DNA from: Eledone cirrhosa
Lineage: Eukaryota
Direction of reading: 5' to 3'
DNA: 64,000 bases
Assembly (NCBI GenBank): GCA_964016885.1
Contig: OZ024744.1
Location: 66,340,001 to 66,404,000, forward strand
The stretch's first letter is position 1, and the number at the start of each line of letters is the position of its first letter. Positions 1 to 13,120 of the stretch are shown here, one piece after another. The translations under genes were made by a program, and so were the position numbers. Under the pieces are notes generated by a model that searched no databases, had not been told where the DNA came from, and saw only the letters and a list, made by a program, of their open reading frames with translations.

Positions 1-119
1 TAGTAATAATTGTATTGATGTTAGTGGAAGCAGTGGGGGTGAAAGTAGTGGTGATAGCAGTAGTGATGTTTGTGTCAGTGATGGTGGTGGTGGTGGTGGT
101 AGTGGTGGTGGTGGTGGTG

Positions 120-310
120 GGAGACCCAGGACAGGAGTAGATCACAAACAAGATGGTTGGACAATATCTATGAGCTCAGCTGGTCTTGTTTGGAGATCCA
201 ACTGGATTAATTGGAGAGGGTTGTCTTTGGTAGGACCCTCTGGAAGATAAGGCTGTAGACTCTGCTCTACAACCCTCCCAGGAATAAGTGGGCAAAAACG
301 GGAATGAGGA
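120..310 (+). mobile_element. Old RTE-type LINE 3' end fragment
   Basis: Shares GAGCT..GCTGGTCTTG.TTG.G.ATCCA.CTGGAT and AATAAGTGGG motifs with 55815-56035 and the end of the RTE remnant at 50290-50900. Confidence 0.5.
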
Positions 311-434
311 GGAAGTGGAGGTGAAGGAGGAGGAGGAGGAGGAGGAGGAGGGGTCGGAGGGGAGAGAAGAAAGAAGATAAAGAAGAAGAAGAAGAAAAAT
401 AGAAAGAAGAAAAAGAAAGAAAGAAGAAGAGGTG

Positions 435-477
<43 letters not shown>

Positions 478-496
478 AGGAGCTTATGCAGCAACA

Positions 497-711
497 TACA
501 GTGTTAGCTGTAATTCCTTTTGTTGTCTTGTGACTGACTATGAAGGATTAATGCTAGAGCTGTGAAATATTGCATGCATTAATTTCAACTCTTCTTATTA
601 ATAACTGTGTTGTTTCTTTCAAGAGTCTATGTTGAAAAAAAATAAACCTCATTTGGTTATTCCATGAGAGTATCTTGGTCAGCCTATGACCTTTTTCAAC
701 TGACCCTCGTG
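497..711. mobile_element. Mariner-type MITE, decayed copy
   Basis: Internal sequence (GCTAGAGCTGTGAAAT.TTGCATGCATTAATTTCAACTCTTCTTATTAATAAC) shared with 3357-3570. Confidence 0.5.
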
Positions 712-1421
712 TGATGAGAAAATATGTATGTGTTTATGTCTGGAAGAAATATGTTCATAAAAAATTTTTTTTTCAAAATTGTTGTTTTACAAATATTTAT
801 TTGTGATCATTTAATGATAAAATATTTTGATCCCCAAAGATAGATTCAAAGAACCAAACAGCAGTTCACTGCATATTGAAAGTAGAGAAAGCGTCAAATA
901 GTATTTTTTGCATGTGGATTTTGAATGATTTTTATTCCATCATCCAAGATCATTTCAGCTTGATCCTCTACAGCAGCTGTCCCCAACTACTGGGATGTGA
1001 ACCAGTACTTAGTTGTGGACCAATTGGTACTAGGCAGCACAGAAAGAATAAAAACTTCTACAGTGACAGAAACCAAACAACACTACGGAGTAGGCTAGAC
1101 ATAAGGACACACATTTACAGTATAAATGTCATAATTAAATTAATAACAAAATTAATCCAGTTGGATCTCCAAACAAGACCAGCTGGGTTCATGGATATTA
1201 TTCAACCATCTTGCTTGTGATCTACTCCTGGGTCTCCTACCACCACCACCACCACCACCATCACTGACACAAACATCACTACTGCTATCACCACTACTTT
1301 CACCCCCACTGCTTCCACTAACATCAATACAATTATTACTATTACCCACCGTCAGTACTACCACTACCACCATTACCACTACTACCACTGCCACTTTATT
1401 GTTTACTGTGTTTTGTTATAC

Positions 1422-1805
1422 GAGGTGCCACGGCAAAAAAAGCACCCAGCCCACACTGTAAAGTGGTCGTGGAGGTGCCACGGCAAAAAAAGCACCCAGC
1501 CCACACTGTAAAGTGGGCGCGGAGGTGCCACGGCAAAAAAGCACCCAGCACTCACTGCAAAGTGGTCGTGGAGGCGCCACGGCAAAAAAGCACCCAGCAC
1601 TCACTGTAAAGTGGGCGCGGAGGTGCCACGGCAAAAAAGCACCCAGCCCACACTGTAAAGTGGTCGTGGAGGTGCCACGGCAAAAAAGCACCCAGCCCAC
1701 ACTGTAAAGTGGTCGTGGAGGTGCCACGGCAAAAAAGCACCCAGCCCACACTGTAAAGTGGTCATGGAGGTGCCACGGCAAAAAAGCACCCAGCACTCAC
1801 TGTAA
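1422..1805 (+). repeat. 49-bp tandem repeat, about 8 copies, amplified from a SINE/RTE 3'-UTR module
   Basis: Unit AAGTGGTCGTGGAGGTGCCACGGCAAAAAAGCACCCAGCCCACACTGTA repeated with no spacers; single copies of the same module occur near 27092, 32230, 45737 and 61263. Confidence 0.9.
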
Positions 1806-1980
1806 ATGAGGTTGGTGTTAGGAAGGGCATCCAGCTGTAGAAATCAAGCCAAATCAGTTCCTGTATGAGCAAGGCATGGTCAGCCGACTGGACACTGCCC
1901 ACAACAGGACAACCCGTCTAACCCATGCTAGCATGAAAGAACGGACGTAAAACGGTGATGATCATGATGATGATGATGAT
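1806..1980 (+). mobile_element. SINE/RTE 3' terminus with (GAT)n tail
   Basis: GGTGTTAGGAAGGGCATCCAGC...CCCATGCTAGCATG..AGAACGGACGTAAAACG(ATG)n, recurring through the window. Confidence 0.85.
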
Positions 1981-2434
1981 AACTTACACTGACCCCACCC
2001 CTCTCAGTCCATGGAGAAATTATCTTCTTGCATAACACCGGTCCGTAGTACAAAAGAAGGTTGAGGACTGCAGCTCTAAAGAATTGTTCCATATCCTCAT
2101 AGCTAAGTGCAGAAAGCTCCCCATCTGCTGAATAGTTCTTGATGTCAGGCATACAGAAGATCCTTGCCGGTGTGGATAGGAAAGAGCAATATACCTCTTA
2201 GTAACCTATACCTTTCTAGTAATAGGACATAAAGTGGTAAATTGATAGAGTCATTAAAACAGCAATAGTGAGTTTGATTCCTGGACAGGAAGGAGGTATG
2301 TCCTGTCTTTGTGAACGACACTTTATTTCACATTCTTCCAGATAGTAAAAAAAAAAATGAGTTATATCTATCATTCAAGTAAGGGTATAGCTTTGTCACA
2401 CATTGTATCACACTAAATTTGCTTGAGAACTATG

Positions 2435-2646
2435 TTAACCTTTTAGTATTTAAACCAGTCATATCTGGCCAGAATTCTCACTTCTTTCTGTTCTAATTGG
2501 CTAGAGCTGGCTGCTCATACCGACATATTAAAGTAGTATTCTCAAAATAAATAACATCAAAATCTCATAGATTCAATATTATGTGAGATAATTTACCACA
2601 AAACTACAATAGTAAATATAGAGTGATGTAAATGTTAAAGGGTTAA
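2435..2646 (+). mobile_element. TTAA-flanked piggyBac-like MITE (~210 bp)
   Basis: TTAA-CCTTTTAGTATTTA ... TAAATGTTAAAGGG-TTAA terminal inverted repeats; 8 related copies in the window. Confidence 0.75.
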
Positions 2647-2760
2647 GGATGCACATGTCTGGAATGTTCAAGCACATACATGTTAATTCCACAAGCAGGC
2701 AGTTCTGTTGATGAATCAACTGGAATATTTATCATCAGAAACGAAGGCAGTCCAAAAACA

Positions 2761-2989
2761 TTAACCCTTTAGCATTTAAACTGGCCATATCTGGCCAGAA
2801 TTCTCTCAACTCTTTCTGTTCAAACCAGCTGTAACTGGCTGCTTATACTGATGTTAAGGTATTGTTCTCAAAATAAATAATATCAAAATCTCATAGATAC
2901 GATATCATGTGAAATAATTCTGTAAGATAAAGCCTTTACCATGAAAATACAATAGTATATACAGAGTAATGTAAATGATAACGGGTTAA
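2761..2989 (+). mobile_element. TTAA-flanked piggyBac-like MITE
   Basis: TTAACCCTTTAGCATTTA ... TAAATGATAACGGGTTAA. Confidence 0.8.
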
Positions 2990-3356
2990 AGCATCAAATA
3001 TAATGACCTCTTGTATATGTGCTGGCTTTGCTGAACACTGAATTCAAATTCTGCTGAGGTCAACATTTCTCTTCATTTTTTATTTCTTTCAATTTTTTTT
3101 TTGTGATGAGGGAGAGGGGAATCAATAAATGAAGTATCAGTTCAGAGTGGATGGATTGGCAAAAATGTTGGAACTTATGTTCTGGATCTTTACATACTGA
3201 GTTCAAATTCCACCTAGATAGCCAATAGCCAGAGTTAATCACCTGAGTAGGGGAACATTATGTCCTACCTGCAATAGGTCAGATTGCGACAGGTAAGGAA
3301 AGATACAACCAACAAAGATAAGGGGGGTTGAAAATAGCTGAAAGGAATGGGAACAG

Positions 3357-3570
3357 TACAACAGTTGGCTGAAAAGTTCATAGGCTGATTATGAAGGAGT
3401 GGTGCTAGAGCTGTGAAATCTTGCATGCATTAATTTCAACTCTTCTTATTAATAACTTATTATTAACTGCATTGTTTCTTTACAGGGATTATGTTGAAAA
3501 ATAAAGCTCATTTGGTCAATCCATGAGAGTATCTTGGTCAACCTATGAATGTTTCAGCTGACACACATAT
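3357..3570. mobile_element. Mariner-type MITE
   Basis: TA-flanked, imperfect inverted ends (GTTGGCTGAAAAGTTCATAGGCTGA / TCAACCTATGAATGTTTCAGCTGAC); second copy at 497-711. Confidence 0.6.
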
Positions 3571-3769
3571 AAAACAACAGAAATGATTGTGATATACTAC
3601 TAACCTTGTCTTTTCTGACTTCCATTTACTGCGAAGAGGCAAAACCTCGTTCTCGTGGTACCGATTAGAAAGGATCAGTCACAATATTGTAAATATCTAA
3701 AGAAAAAGAAAGTAAACAATATATTTAGTATAATTTCATTAGGAATTTTAAGTATGTTTTTATATATTA

Positions 3770-4314
3770 CTAACAGTGGTACCCGGCGTTGCACGGGATA
3801 AGGTATTTTGGAACACGGGTCGCCAACAGACCTAATCGTGGAAAAACTGCATGCCTGGACAATATGTAAAGAAAATAAACCGAATACTCTGATGGCTGGA
3901 TAATCTTTAAGATTTACCTCGATGAATCAGGAAAAATTTTTTTTTTTTATGTCCATAATATGCCTTGAAATTTAGGGAAAATCGGCTAGATGTAACGCCT
4001 CAAAAAAGCCCTAAAAAGCTGAAAAAATGAAGTTTTTCACCTAATGTGGGCCCTAAGCCATAAAATAGTTGGAAGAGACTGGTTAATACGTAGTTACAAT
4101 TTCAAGAAAATCAGTCTGACGTAACGCCTCAAAAAAACCCTAAAAAGCTGAAAAAAAACGCAGTTTTTCACATAATACTAGAGGGATCAAAAAGTTGAAT
4201 TTGTTATGTGCATAACACTCCCTGAAACATAAGTAATACACATGTAAAGTTTGAAAAAATCGGTTTTAGGGATTCAAACTCACACACACACACCCTCAGT
4301 TATATATATATAGA
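3770..4314 (-). mobile_element. Non-autonomous Helitron
   Basis: Minus strand starts TCTATATATATA and ends with the hairpin CCCGTGCAACGCCGGG followed by TTAG-T. Confidence 0.7.
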
Positions 4315-4807
4315 TAAATAACTATTGATTTACAAAGCATTGCCAAAGATTGAAATTCAAAATGTGAGCGTCCTGCTGTAGAAAACGCTATAATATAGTT
4401 GACTACTATAAATAATAGTTGAGAAAACTGGGTAAAATATCCAAAGAGACAGAAGAAAAATGGGCAGAGGTATCTTAGTCAACTGTTCTTCATCTCCAGG
4501 GGCATTTTACCAATTACTATTTACTATTTATACTGATCAATTATATATGAGTGCGTGTGTGCGTGTGTATGTGTGCTTGGGTATGTGTATATGTGTGATC
4601 TCAATCTAAATACAAATGGAGAGACCTTATTCACCTTCTGCTCTAGTAATTATTTCTACGTTTTGGCACAAGACCAGCAATTATCCCAGTGTATTACGGG
4701 TACTTTATTTTATCGACCCCGTAAGGATGAAAGGCAAAGTTAACCTCGCATTATTAGAATATGAACACCTTACAGCACAAAGACATCCATATATATATAT
4801 ATATATA

Positions 4808-4850
<43 letters not shown>

Positions 4851-4932
4851 CATACATATATACATACAAATATATATACACATATATATATATAATATAT
4901 ATATATAGATAATAAATATATATATATAATAT

Positions 4933-5188
4933 ATCATCAACATCATCATCATCATTTTATGCCTGCTTTCCCCTGCTTGCAAGAGTGGGACGGGTCTTAT
5001 TATGCACGGCATCTCTCTAATCGTCATGCTCCTTTGTCATCTCCTCCATGAGCTTCAGCGATCTGAGGTCTGCTATCACCACCTCCGCCCATGTTTTTCG
5101 TGGTCTTCCTTAACTGCGCCTTCCTCCTACTGGGATTTCTTGGCACTTCTTTACCCAATGGTCATCATCCATGTGCATCACATGACCA
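4933..5188 (-). mobile_element. RTE LINE (family B) 3' fragment with (GAT)n tail
   Basis: Closely matches 35285-35560; flanked by (TA)n. Confidence 0.8.
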
Positions 5189-5338
5189 TATATTATATAT
5201 ATATATATTATATAATATATATATTATATATATATAAATATGTATATATAATACACATATATAATATATACATAATATGTATATATGATATAGAATACAT
5301 ATATATGTATATATAATATATATAATATATATATGTAA

Positions 5339-5805
5339 TCTATATATCTAAAACTGTGAATGCCTGTCTGTCTGTCCCCCTAAACCACGAGAACCACCCA
5401 ACAGATTTTTTTTCAAACTTTACATGAAATACTTATGGTTGTGTGAGTGTTTTGAGCAAAAAATATTTCAAATTTTCAATGCCCTAGGGACCGTATTAGG
5501 AGCCGGTTAGTGATCTCTCTCTCTTTCTTAGTTTGTCTTTTTAGATAGATACATAGCTATAACGTCACGCCCTTATGATATCTGTCTGCATTACGCCATT
5601 ATCTCATTGCTGACGTATTATGTTCGCTATTTTCCGTCCATTGCCAGGGAATGTCTTCACGAACCAAAGTATCATCTTCCTGTTTTCCTTCGGATGCAAC
5701 ATTTTTCGAAATATTTACTTCTGCGTTCACAGATTGATTTTTTGGTTTCAGAAGATCCCGTTAAGGGTGAAAGCAGCGATTCTTTGCTTAAACTTTAATC
5801 TGTTA

Positions 5806-5873
<68 letters not shown>

Positions 5874-6221
5874 TATATTCGTGTACAGATATTTTTGTAT
5901 ACACAATAACAAAATATAAACAAACGTATTTATTTCACGAAAGCACAGACGCGTTATCGTCATTGTTACTGCCGATATGCCACCCAAAAAGTCCCACTAC
6001 TTTTGGCACAAGGCCAGCAATTACATAGTTAACAGTTCGGAAATCACATGCAACACTGACGAGTTTACTCCTTACTCTACCAGTTAGTCTTGGTGTACTT
6101 CGCACTGCTTTCAGGCCATGCCTCGAAGGAAGAGATACTCCATTGGCCGAAATACTGAAAGGAGGGATAAACATGACAATCTATGTTTAGAATCCCGAGC
6201 AACGCCGGGCCATTCTGCTAG
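5339..6221 (+). mobile_element. Non-autonomous Helitron
   Basis: 5' TCTATATATCTAAAAC, 3' CCCGAGCAACGCCGGG hairpin plus CTAG; body homologous to 48410-49053. Confidence 0.85.
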
Positions 6222-6409
6222 TATATATATATAATATCATCATCATCGTTTAACGTCTATCTTCCACGCTAGCATGGGTTTAGATGGGAATTGTCCCACT
6301 TGAAGCAAGTTTGGTTGTCTTGCTTGTATAGGACTGTCTGGCAGGTTTTCTATGGCTGGATGCCCTTCCTAACACCAACCACGTTTACAGTGTGGATATA
6401 TATAATATC

Positions 6410-7970
6410 TCTATATACATAAAAGATGTCTGTTTGTGTGTGTTTATGATTTTTATGCTTTTCCACATTTCTCTACCGATTTTGATGATTTTTTTCCAAT
6501 GTGTTCCAAATTTACCAACGATAGACAACGTGTAATAAACTTTGCCAAATATGTCCTGCTTCTATGAAAAAAAATCTCTTACACGCTTAATCCCTCTCTC
6601 TACTACCCTCAACAATCTATGAAACTACATACATGTTACAACTCTCTTTAAAAGGTTCATCTCTCCCTCTACTCCCCTCTCAAACTCCTCTGCAACTCTC
6701 TTTAAAAGGTTAATGCCTCCCTCTACTACCCTATCACCATTACAGTTTACAACAGCGACAAAACTTCATTCAGGAACGCAACATAAACTTTGAAAACTAA
6801 GCAACACATCAATTTATACAACATAGCTTTACTCTCTTCGTCGCTCTTCCCTCTCTCTATAATAAATTATTCCCCCTCTCTATAATTTAACTGCTTTACT
6901 CTCTTCTTGCTTTGAGGTTTAACACACCTCCCTATTGTTTCTTAGCTTTACTCTCTCCGTCGCTCTTCCCTCTCTCTATAATAGATCATTCCCCCTCTCT
7001 ATAATTTAACTGCTTTACTCTCTCTGTCGCTCTCACTCTCTATATAACAACACTGTTTTACACACCTCCCTATAGTTTCTTAACTTTACTCTCTCCATCG
7101 TACTTCCCTCTCTCTATAATAGATTATTCCCCTCTCTATAATTTAACTGCTGGGGGGGGGGGGAGCATTGGCGATCCGTATTGACATACGGCTTTTCTGG
7201 GGCATTTTAAATCGGCTTATTTCAAATAACAACCTGCAAAATAACACTTCATATAACAGAGTAATGTTATAGACATATGAATCGGAATGTTTAAATTATT
7301 TATTTTTTACGACTTTAATTGGTTAAATATTAATATGACAACACCCATAGTGTTGTACTTCTGGCAATTCTGCCGAATACACTGCCAAATATGAATCTTT
7401 TCCCCTCGGCGTCAGATATCCCATTCGATACCGGCGATCCCAATTCCCAGTGAGACCATGTTTTGTCATGTCCATTAACAAGTCACAAGGGCAAACATTG
7501 TCGGTGGCGGGCATCCATTTGGGGGAGCCATGCTTCTCCCATGGCCAACTTTATGTTGCCTGTTCCCACGTAGGGAGCAGGAATGGACTTTTTGCTTACA
7601 CTTCTCAAGGGATGTCACGCAATATCATCTACAAAGAGGTGTTATAGACGTTGGTGCAGGTGTTGGAAGTGTTGGAGCTATGCCGCCTGGAAAACTATTT
7701 CCTGGTAGGGTCACACATGGCAGACAGATCTGACACCCAGCGGCATCAGGGCTACCATCTTGCAACTTTGGTCTGCTAAATTCGCTATTGGAAGATTATT
7801 AACCCATCATTGATTGTCCAAAATGCTAATTGGTTCGTAACTTTTAATAACCGGTTCAACTGCTTTATGCACTTAATTAATAAGCTTATTCGCTTTCAAG
7901 CCACGTTTACCTGTATGTAACTTTTTATAGCAAATGAACAAACCCGAGCAACGCCGGGCTAAACAGCTAG
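6410..7970 (+). mobile_element. Non-autonomous Helitron carrying a helicase remnant
   Basis: 5' TCTATATACATAAAA, 3' CCCGAGCAACGCCGGG..CTAG; internal ~120-bp duplications at 6825-7150. Confidence 0.85.
7430..7647 (+). pseudogene. Helitron RepHel PIF1-type helicase C-terminal fragment
   Basis: QFPVRPCFVMSINKSQGQTL...CFSHGQLYVACSHV matches PIF1 helicase motifs V/VI. Confidence 0.9.
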
Positions 7971-8287
7971 TATATAAATATATATATATAATATATATAT
8001 AAAATATATATATATATATCGACAGACGATCGACTTTCGTCAAATCGGACCGAGGAAACAATGTTTGGTCTTTCCAATTGCTAATACTATCTAGCGGTCA
8101 CAACTCCAGGTAGAAGGAGCAACATGAAATAAAGTGTCTTGCTCAAGAACGTAACGTATCGCCTGGTCCAGGAATCGAACTGATTGCGAATCCAGTTCTC
8201 TAACTGATCAGCCACATGCCTTCATATATATAGTCCAGAAATAGCCGTCGAAACGGCTTGAGCTCTGCCGTCGGGGTCATACTTTTT

Positions 8288-8340
<53 letters not shown>

Positions 8341-8978
8341 CATCATCATCATCGTTTAACGTCCATCTTCCACGCTTGCATGGGTTTGGACGGGAGTTTT
8401 CCCACTTGAGGCAAGATTGGTTATCTTGCTCGTATAAGACTGTCTGGCGGGTTTTCTACAGCTGGATGCCCTTCCTAACACCAACCACGTTTACAGTGTA
8501 GACTGGGAGGTTTTTACCGTGTTACCTACATGGCCACATTACAGCGTGGACTGTGTGTTTTTGTAGTGACACCTACACGACCTCATTTGTTTCGGACTGG
8601 ATGTTGCGGTACCAACATAACTTCAGATTGAAAGGGGTGGTGTGGATGGGGTGGGGGTAGTGGGACAGGGGTGTATTTTTGTTAGAGGCGCCTACTGACT
8701 GTAGGTATTGCTTTGTACTTAGGCAAGGCGGGTCTTCTGTATTACTGTGTATCGCCAAAGATCTCGGTCCAGTGACATTGTCTTGGAGAGGTGTAAGTGT
8801 GTGAGGTCGGAATTTATCAAGTCGTCCCAGGTTTTTCTGGGTCTGCCTACTCCGTGGCTACCGTCTATTTCTATCGCCCTGCACCTTTTTATACAGATGT
8901 CGTCTTTCATGCGCATCACGTGACCGTACCAACATAGTCTTCTCTCGAGTATCTGATCCCTCTTATTCCTAATTTCTC
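8341..8978 (-). mobile_element. RTE LINE (family A) 3' end with UTR and (GAT)n tail
   Basis: [13 protein letters not shown]...DRDLWR; near-identical to the copies at 28352, 29228 and 61502. Confidence 0.9.
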
Positions 8979-9061
8979 ACTATATATATATATATATATG
9001 ATATATATATATAATGACGAAACATGTGAAGTCAATTGCATGAACTCATAATCCTTTATTT

Positions 9062-9117
9062 ACTGCTATATATATTTCGATGATAGCCATTGAATGGCTA
9101 TGACCTCATCAGGCAGT
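9062..9117 (-). ncRNA. Minimal type-I hammerhead ribozyme motif
   Basis: Minus strand: ACUGC CUGAUGA GGUCAUAGCCA-UUCAA-UGGCUAUCAUC GAAA UAUAUA UA GCAGU, then AAUAAA. Confidence 0.8.
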
Positions 9118-9223
9118 TAGTCAGTTCTTAGATATGCCAGCTCTGTGTTTATAGTGTTGATGGTATCAGAGCCTTGGGACATATGGGACATATATATATA
9201 TATATGATATATATACATATATA

Positions 9224-9652
9224 TCATCATCACCATTTTACGTCCGTTCTTCCACGCTAGCATGGGTTAGACGGGTTGTCCTGTTGTGAGTAGTGTCCAG
9301 TTGGCTGACCTTGTCTTGCTCATATGGGAACTGATTCTGGCTTGATTTATACAGCTGGATGTCCTTCCTAACACCAACCTCATTTACAGTGCTGGGTGCT
9401 TTTTTGCCGTGGCACCTCCACGACCACTTTACAGTGGAATGATAGGGACCCCAGTCTCTATCATCTCATTTCTACAGGTGAATAAACTGGAGCAATGTGA
9501 AATAAAGTGTCTTGCTCAAGGAAACAACACATCACCCGGTCTGAGAATTGAACTGACAACCTTTCGATTGCAAGCCCAATGCTCTAACCATTGGGCTTGC
9601 AATCGAAAGGTTGTGAGTTCAATTCTCGGACTGGGTGAGGTGTTGCTTCCTT
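9224..9652 (-). mobile_element. tRNA-derived SINE with RTE-like tail, head partly duplicated in inverted orientation
   Basis: Matches 32060-32395 and 41617-41951; 9588-9652 is a plus-strand copy of the tRNA-like head. Confidence 0.85.
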
Positions 9653-10801
9653 GAATATATATAAATGTACACTTTACACAAGCACACACACATACAAACA
9701 CATATTCAAATACATAAATATATGTCTTTGGGAATATCTGCAGCAATACCTTTCCTATTTTATCTATGGGATACAGCTGAAACACTCCTAGGACTGGTGT
9801 ATAGTAGAGCCTGTCACCCCTCCTCCTCTTCCTTTATTTTGTTGCTTGATTCCCATTATTTTTTTAACCCTTTTTCTTATTCCCCACTTTTTTTTCCATG
9901 TTTTTTTATTTTTATTTTTTTTTCAACAGTTAGTCAGAGGAAGAGAAACAGTGCTTACTGCCTTTACAGGCTTTCCGTCCAGTTGAATGGTACTGAAGTG
10001 GCTGGTGTTCAGCCATCTGTAGGTCAATCTTAGTAACAGAAATAAAGATGTGGAAGAAACTGCAGACAATTTAGTCCCCCATACAGCTGCTTTTCTTCTG
10101 AAAATCGAAAAAATAGCAGCCAACATGAGGAACGGATGCATGGCCTAGTGTTAAAGGTGTTGGACTTGTGATCATAATGTCATGGATTCGAATCCTGGGT
10201 TGGGTTGTGTGTTGTGTTCTTGAGCAAAACACTTCAATTCACGTTGCTCTAGTATACTCATCTAAAAACGAGTACCAGCAATTGCTGGGAGTTTGACCCA
10301 GTGAAGGACTGGTGTCCTGCTCAGTGGGGTAGTCTTGTACTCTCAGTTGTTTCATGCCACGAAACTGGGATAAGCACCGGCCTAACCAGCCTCTGGGCTT
10401 GATACAAACTTTAGTTAAACTACCTGAGGTGGTGTGGCTGTTGCAGTGGGTGTTGCTGGCCATTCATTCTCTGCAGCAATATCTTTGCCATTTTATCTAC
10501 AGGTTCACAGCTGAAATACCACTCAGACTGGGTTGTAGTAGAGCTTGTCATCCCACTCCCCTTCTTTCTTTCTTTTGTTGCTTAATTTTCTTTTTTCCTT
10601 AGTCTTTTTCTTATTTTCCTCTTTTTTTTTTTGGTTTCCTTATTGCCATGTATATTATACAGTTTTGTCTTTAAAAAATTTTTTTTTTTTTTTACTACTA
10701 TTTGGTATTTTGCATTGCAATAAATTGTATGTTCCGGAAAAAAAAAAACTTCTCTATATATATGAGTGAAATAAATTGTGAGGACAGTTTAAAAGAAAAG
10801 A

Positions 10802-10872
<71 letters not shown>

Positions 10873-11479
10873 TTTAATTGCTTGTGGGAAAGTCAACAGA
10901 TAGTGGTGTTTAGCTGGCTCTGGCTTGTTATGTGTACCACTCTCATGCTCTATGGTGTATTGTAACATTTACTTCCTGTCAGTTCTATACTAGCAAAATA
11001 TTTATTGCTGACTAAGAGATTTCCCCTCATGCCATGCCACTCCACCCTACCTCACCCAGGAACAGAATTAATTGCAATACAAAATATTGGATAGTAGTAA
11101 ATAAAAAATAAAAATAAAAAAAAAATTAGAAAAACAAAACTGTACAATATACATGGTAATAAGGAAACAAAAAAAAAAGAGAGAGAGAAATAAGAACGAA
11201 AGTAAGAGGAGGATGGGGTGAATGGAGTTTCCCCCCCCCCCCCCCCTCCCCCGCCTCCCCAGATAAAATGGCAAAGTTATTGCTGTGAAGAATGGCCAGT
11301 CATACCCGCTGCAATAGACACACTACTTTACAGGTCTCCTTCCTCAGGCAGGCTGCTGTCTTTCCTATTTTACAAAAGAAATCAGCAATGTGGAGACTGA
11401 GGATACCTGAAGTTTTGGCTATTTTGTTTGGATTTTGTTTTATATATAAACAGCATGAGCGATGGATAATGGATGTTAG

Positions 11480-12168
11480 ATATTTATTTTTGAATTGTAA
11501 AGTGGTTGTGAAGGTGTCATGACAAAAAACACCCAGCCCATACTATAAAGTGATTGTGTAGGTGTCACAACAAAAAGCGCCAAGTCCACACTGTAGAGTG
11601 TTTGAGTAGGAGTCACGATAAAAAGCACCCAGTCCACTCTGTTAAGTGGTTGTATAGATATCATGACAAAAAGCACCCAGCCCACACTGTAAATGTGGTT
11701 GGCATCAGCAAGGGCATCCAGCCATGGAACAAGACTGATAAAATAACTTTCTCTTAGAGAATTCAATACAGTTTTCTCTCTAAAAGTAAATAGAAATAAC
11801 ACAAACAAGGAAACACATGTGTAAATATGTGTGTGTGTGTGTGTGTAGACAATATTTTGTTAATTTACAAAGCATTGGGAAAATTTGAAAAAAATGTTAG
11901 CCACATTGCAGATAACTGTAAATAATAATTGATAACTATAAAATCCCTCGTATGCATTTAACCATTATATTAAAGTGGTCATGTTGGTGACACGACGAAA
12001 GCACTCAGTACTCACTGTAAATGAGGTTGGTGTTAGGAAGGGCATCCAGCTGTAGAAACCAAGCCCAAATCAGTTCTGTGTGTGCACAAGACATGGTCAC
12101 CTAACCTAGCATTGCCCATAACAGGATAACCCGTCTAACCCATGCTAGCATGGAAGAATTGACGAAAA

Positions 12169-12200
<32 letters not shown>
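11480..12200 (+). mobile_element. Two diverged SINE/RTE 3'-UTR copies
   Basis: Degenerate 49-bp modules, AGGGCATCCAGC motif and a (GAT)n tail at 12170-12200. Confidence 0.65.
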
Positions 12201-12201
<1 letters not shown>

Positions 12202-12854
12202 AAAGCACTCCTAGTTGCTGATTATTGTCTTTTAGAAGTTTTAAGTGTTAAGCTAGAACTCTAGAAGACTCATTAAGTTTTCTTTCTTGTCTTGGACATT
12301 TCAACTGTTCTAGTGTTGATGCCACAATAAAATGCACTCAGTACAAACTGAAAAGTGGTTGGTGTTAGTAATGTAAGATTTGAGAAGGTCACTTCAGCCT
12401 CAATGAACTTGTTACAACCTCTCAAGTGCTGCTGCCATGATAAAATTCATCCTGTACACCTTGTAAAATGTTACTAAAATGTTAGTCTTAGTGCCACAAA
12501 AACAAAACAAAAAAAACCCCCTACATAAGCAAGATGAAGTCACAGCCCATCTGAGATGTCATTAGTTCTGATTAAGGACTTACTTGCACTGTGATCACCT
12601 GTCCAATCCTTGCTAGCAGAGTAAGTGGATGTCAAATGATAATGATAATGATTATATATCTACACACATATACATACAGATATAATAATATATACCCATG
12701 CTTGCGTGGAAGAACGGACGTAAAACGGTGATGATGATGATGATGATGATGATATAGGATGTTTAATTTCTCAGCTTGTAACCTCTTTGTAGATTATTAT
12801 AGAGATGATATAATTGAAATGCCATACAGTATGACTAGAAACAAATCTGTGATA

Positions 12855-12865
12855 AAGAAAGAAAA

Positions 12866-12959
<94 letters not shown>

Positions 12960-13120
12960 AGAAAGAAAGAGAGAAAGAAAGTAAGAAAGACAGAGAGAAA
13001 GAAAGTAAGAAAGACAGAGAGAAAGAAAGTAAGAGAGAAAGAGAAAAAGAGAGAAAGAAAGAAAGAAAGAAAGAAAGAAAAAAACAAACAAACAAACAAA
13101 CAAACAAAGACAAACAAACA
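12855..13120. repeat. Compound (AG)n/(AAAG)n/(AAAC)n microsatellite
   Basis: Direct reading. Confidence 0.95.

Noticed and set aside
1422-1805. CRISPR-like regular repeat
   Set aside because: Units are contiguous with no unique spacers, derive from a SINE/LINE module, and there are no cas genes; the context is eukaryotic.
1928-2200. 74-aa minus-strand ORF as a host exon
   Set aside because: No recognisable domain; another frame reads SFLHLAMRIWNN, more like a decayed LINE ORF2 C-terminus, and even that is weak.
9730-11460. Possible exon after the acceptor-like site at 9929
   Set aside because: The region consists of mutually similar direct and inverted segments (9740/10470, 10060/11340, 10430/11260), suggesting an old repeat family, and frames close quickly.
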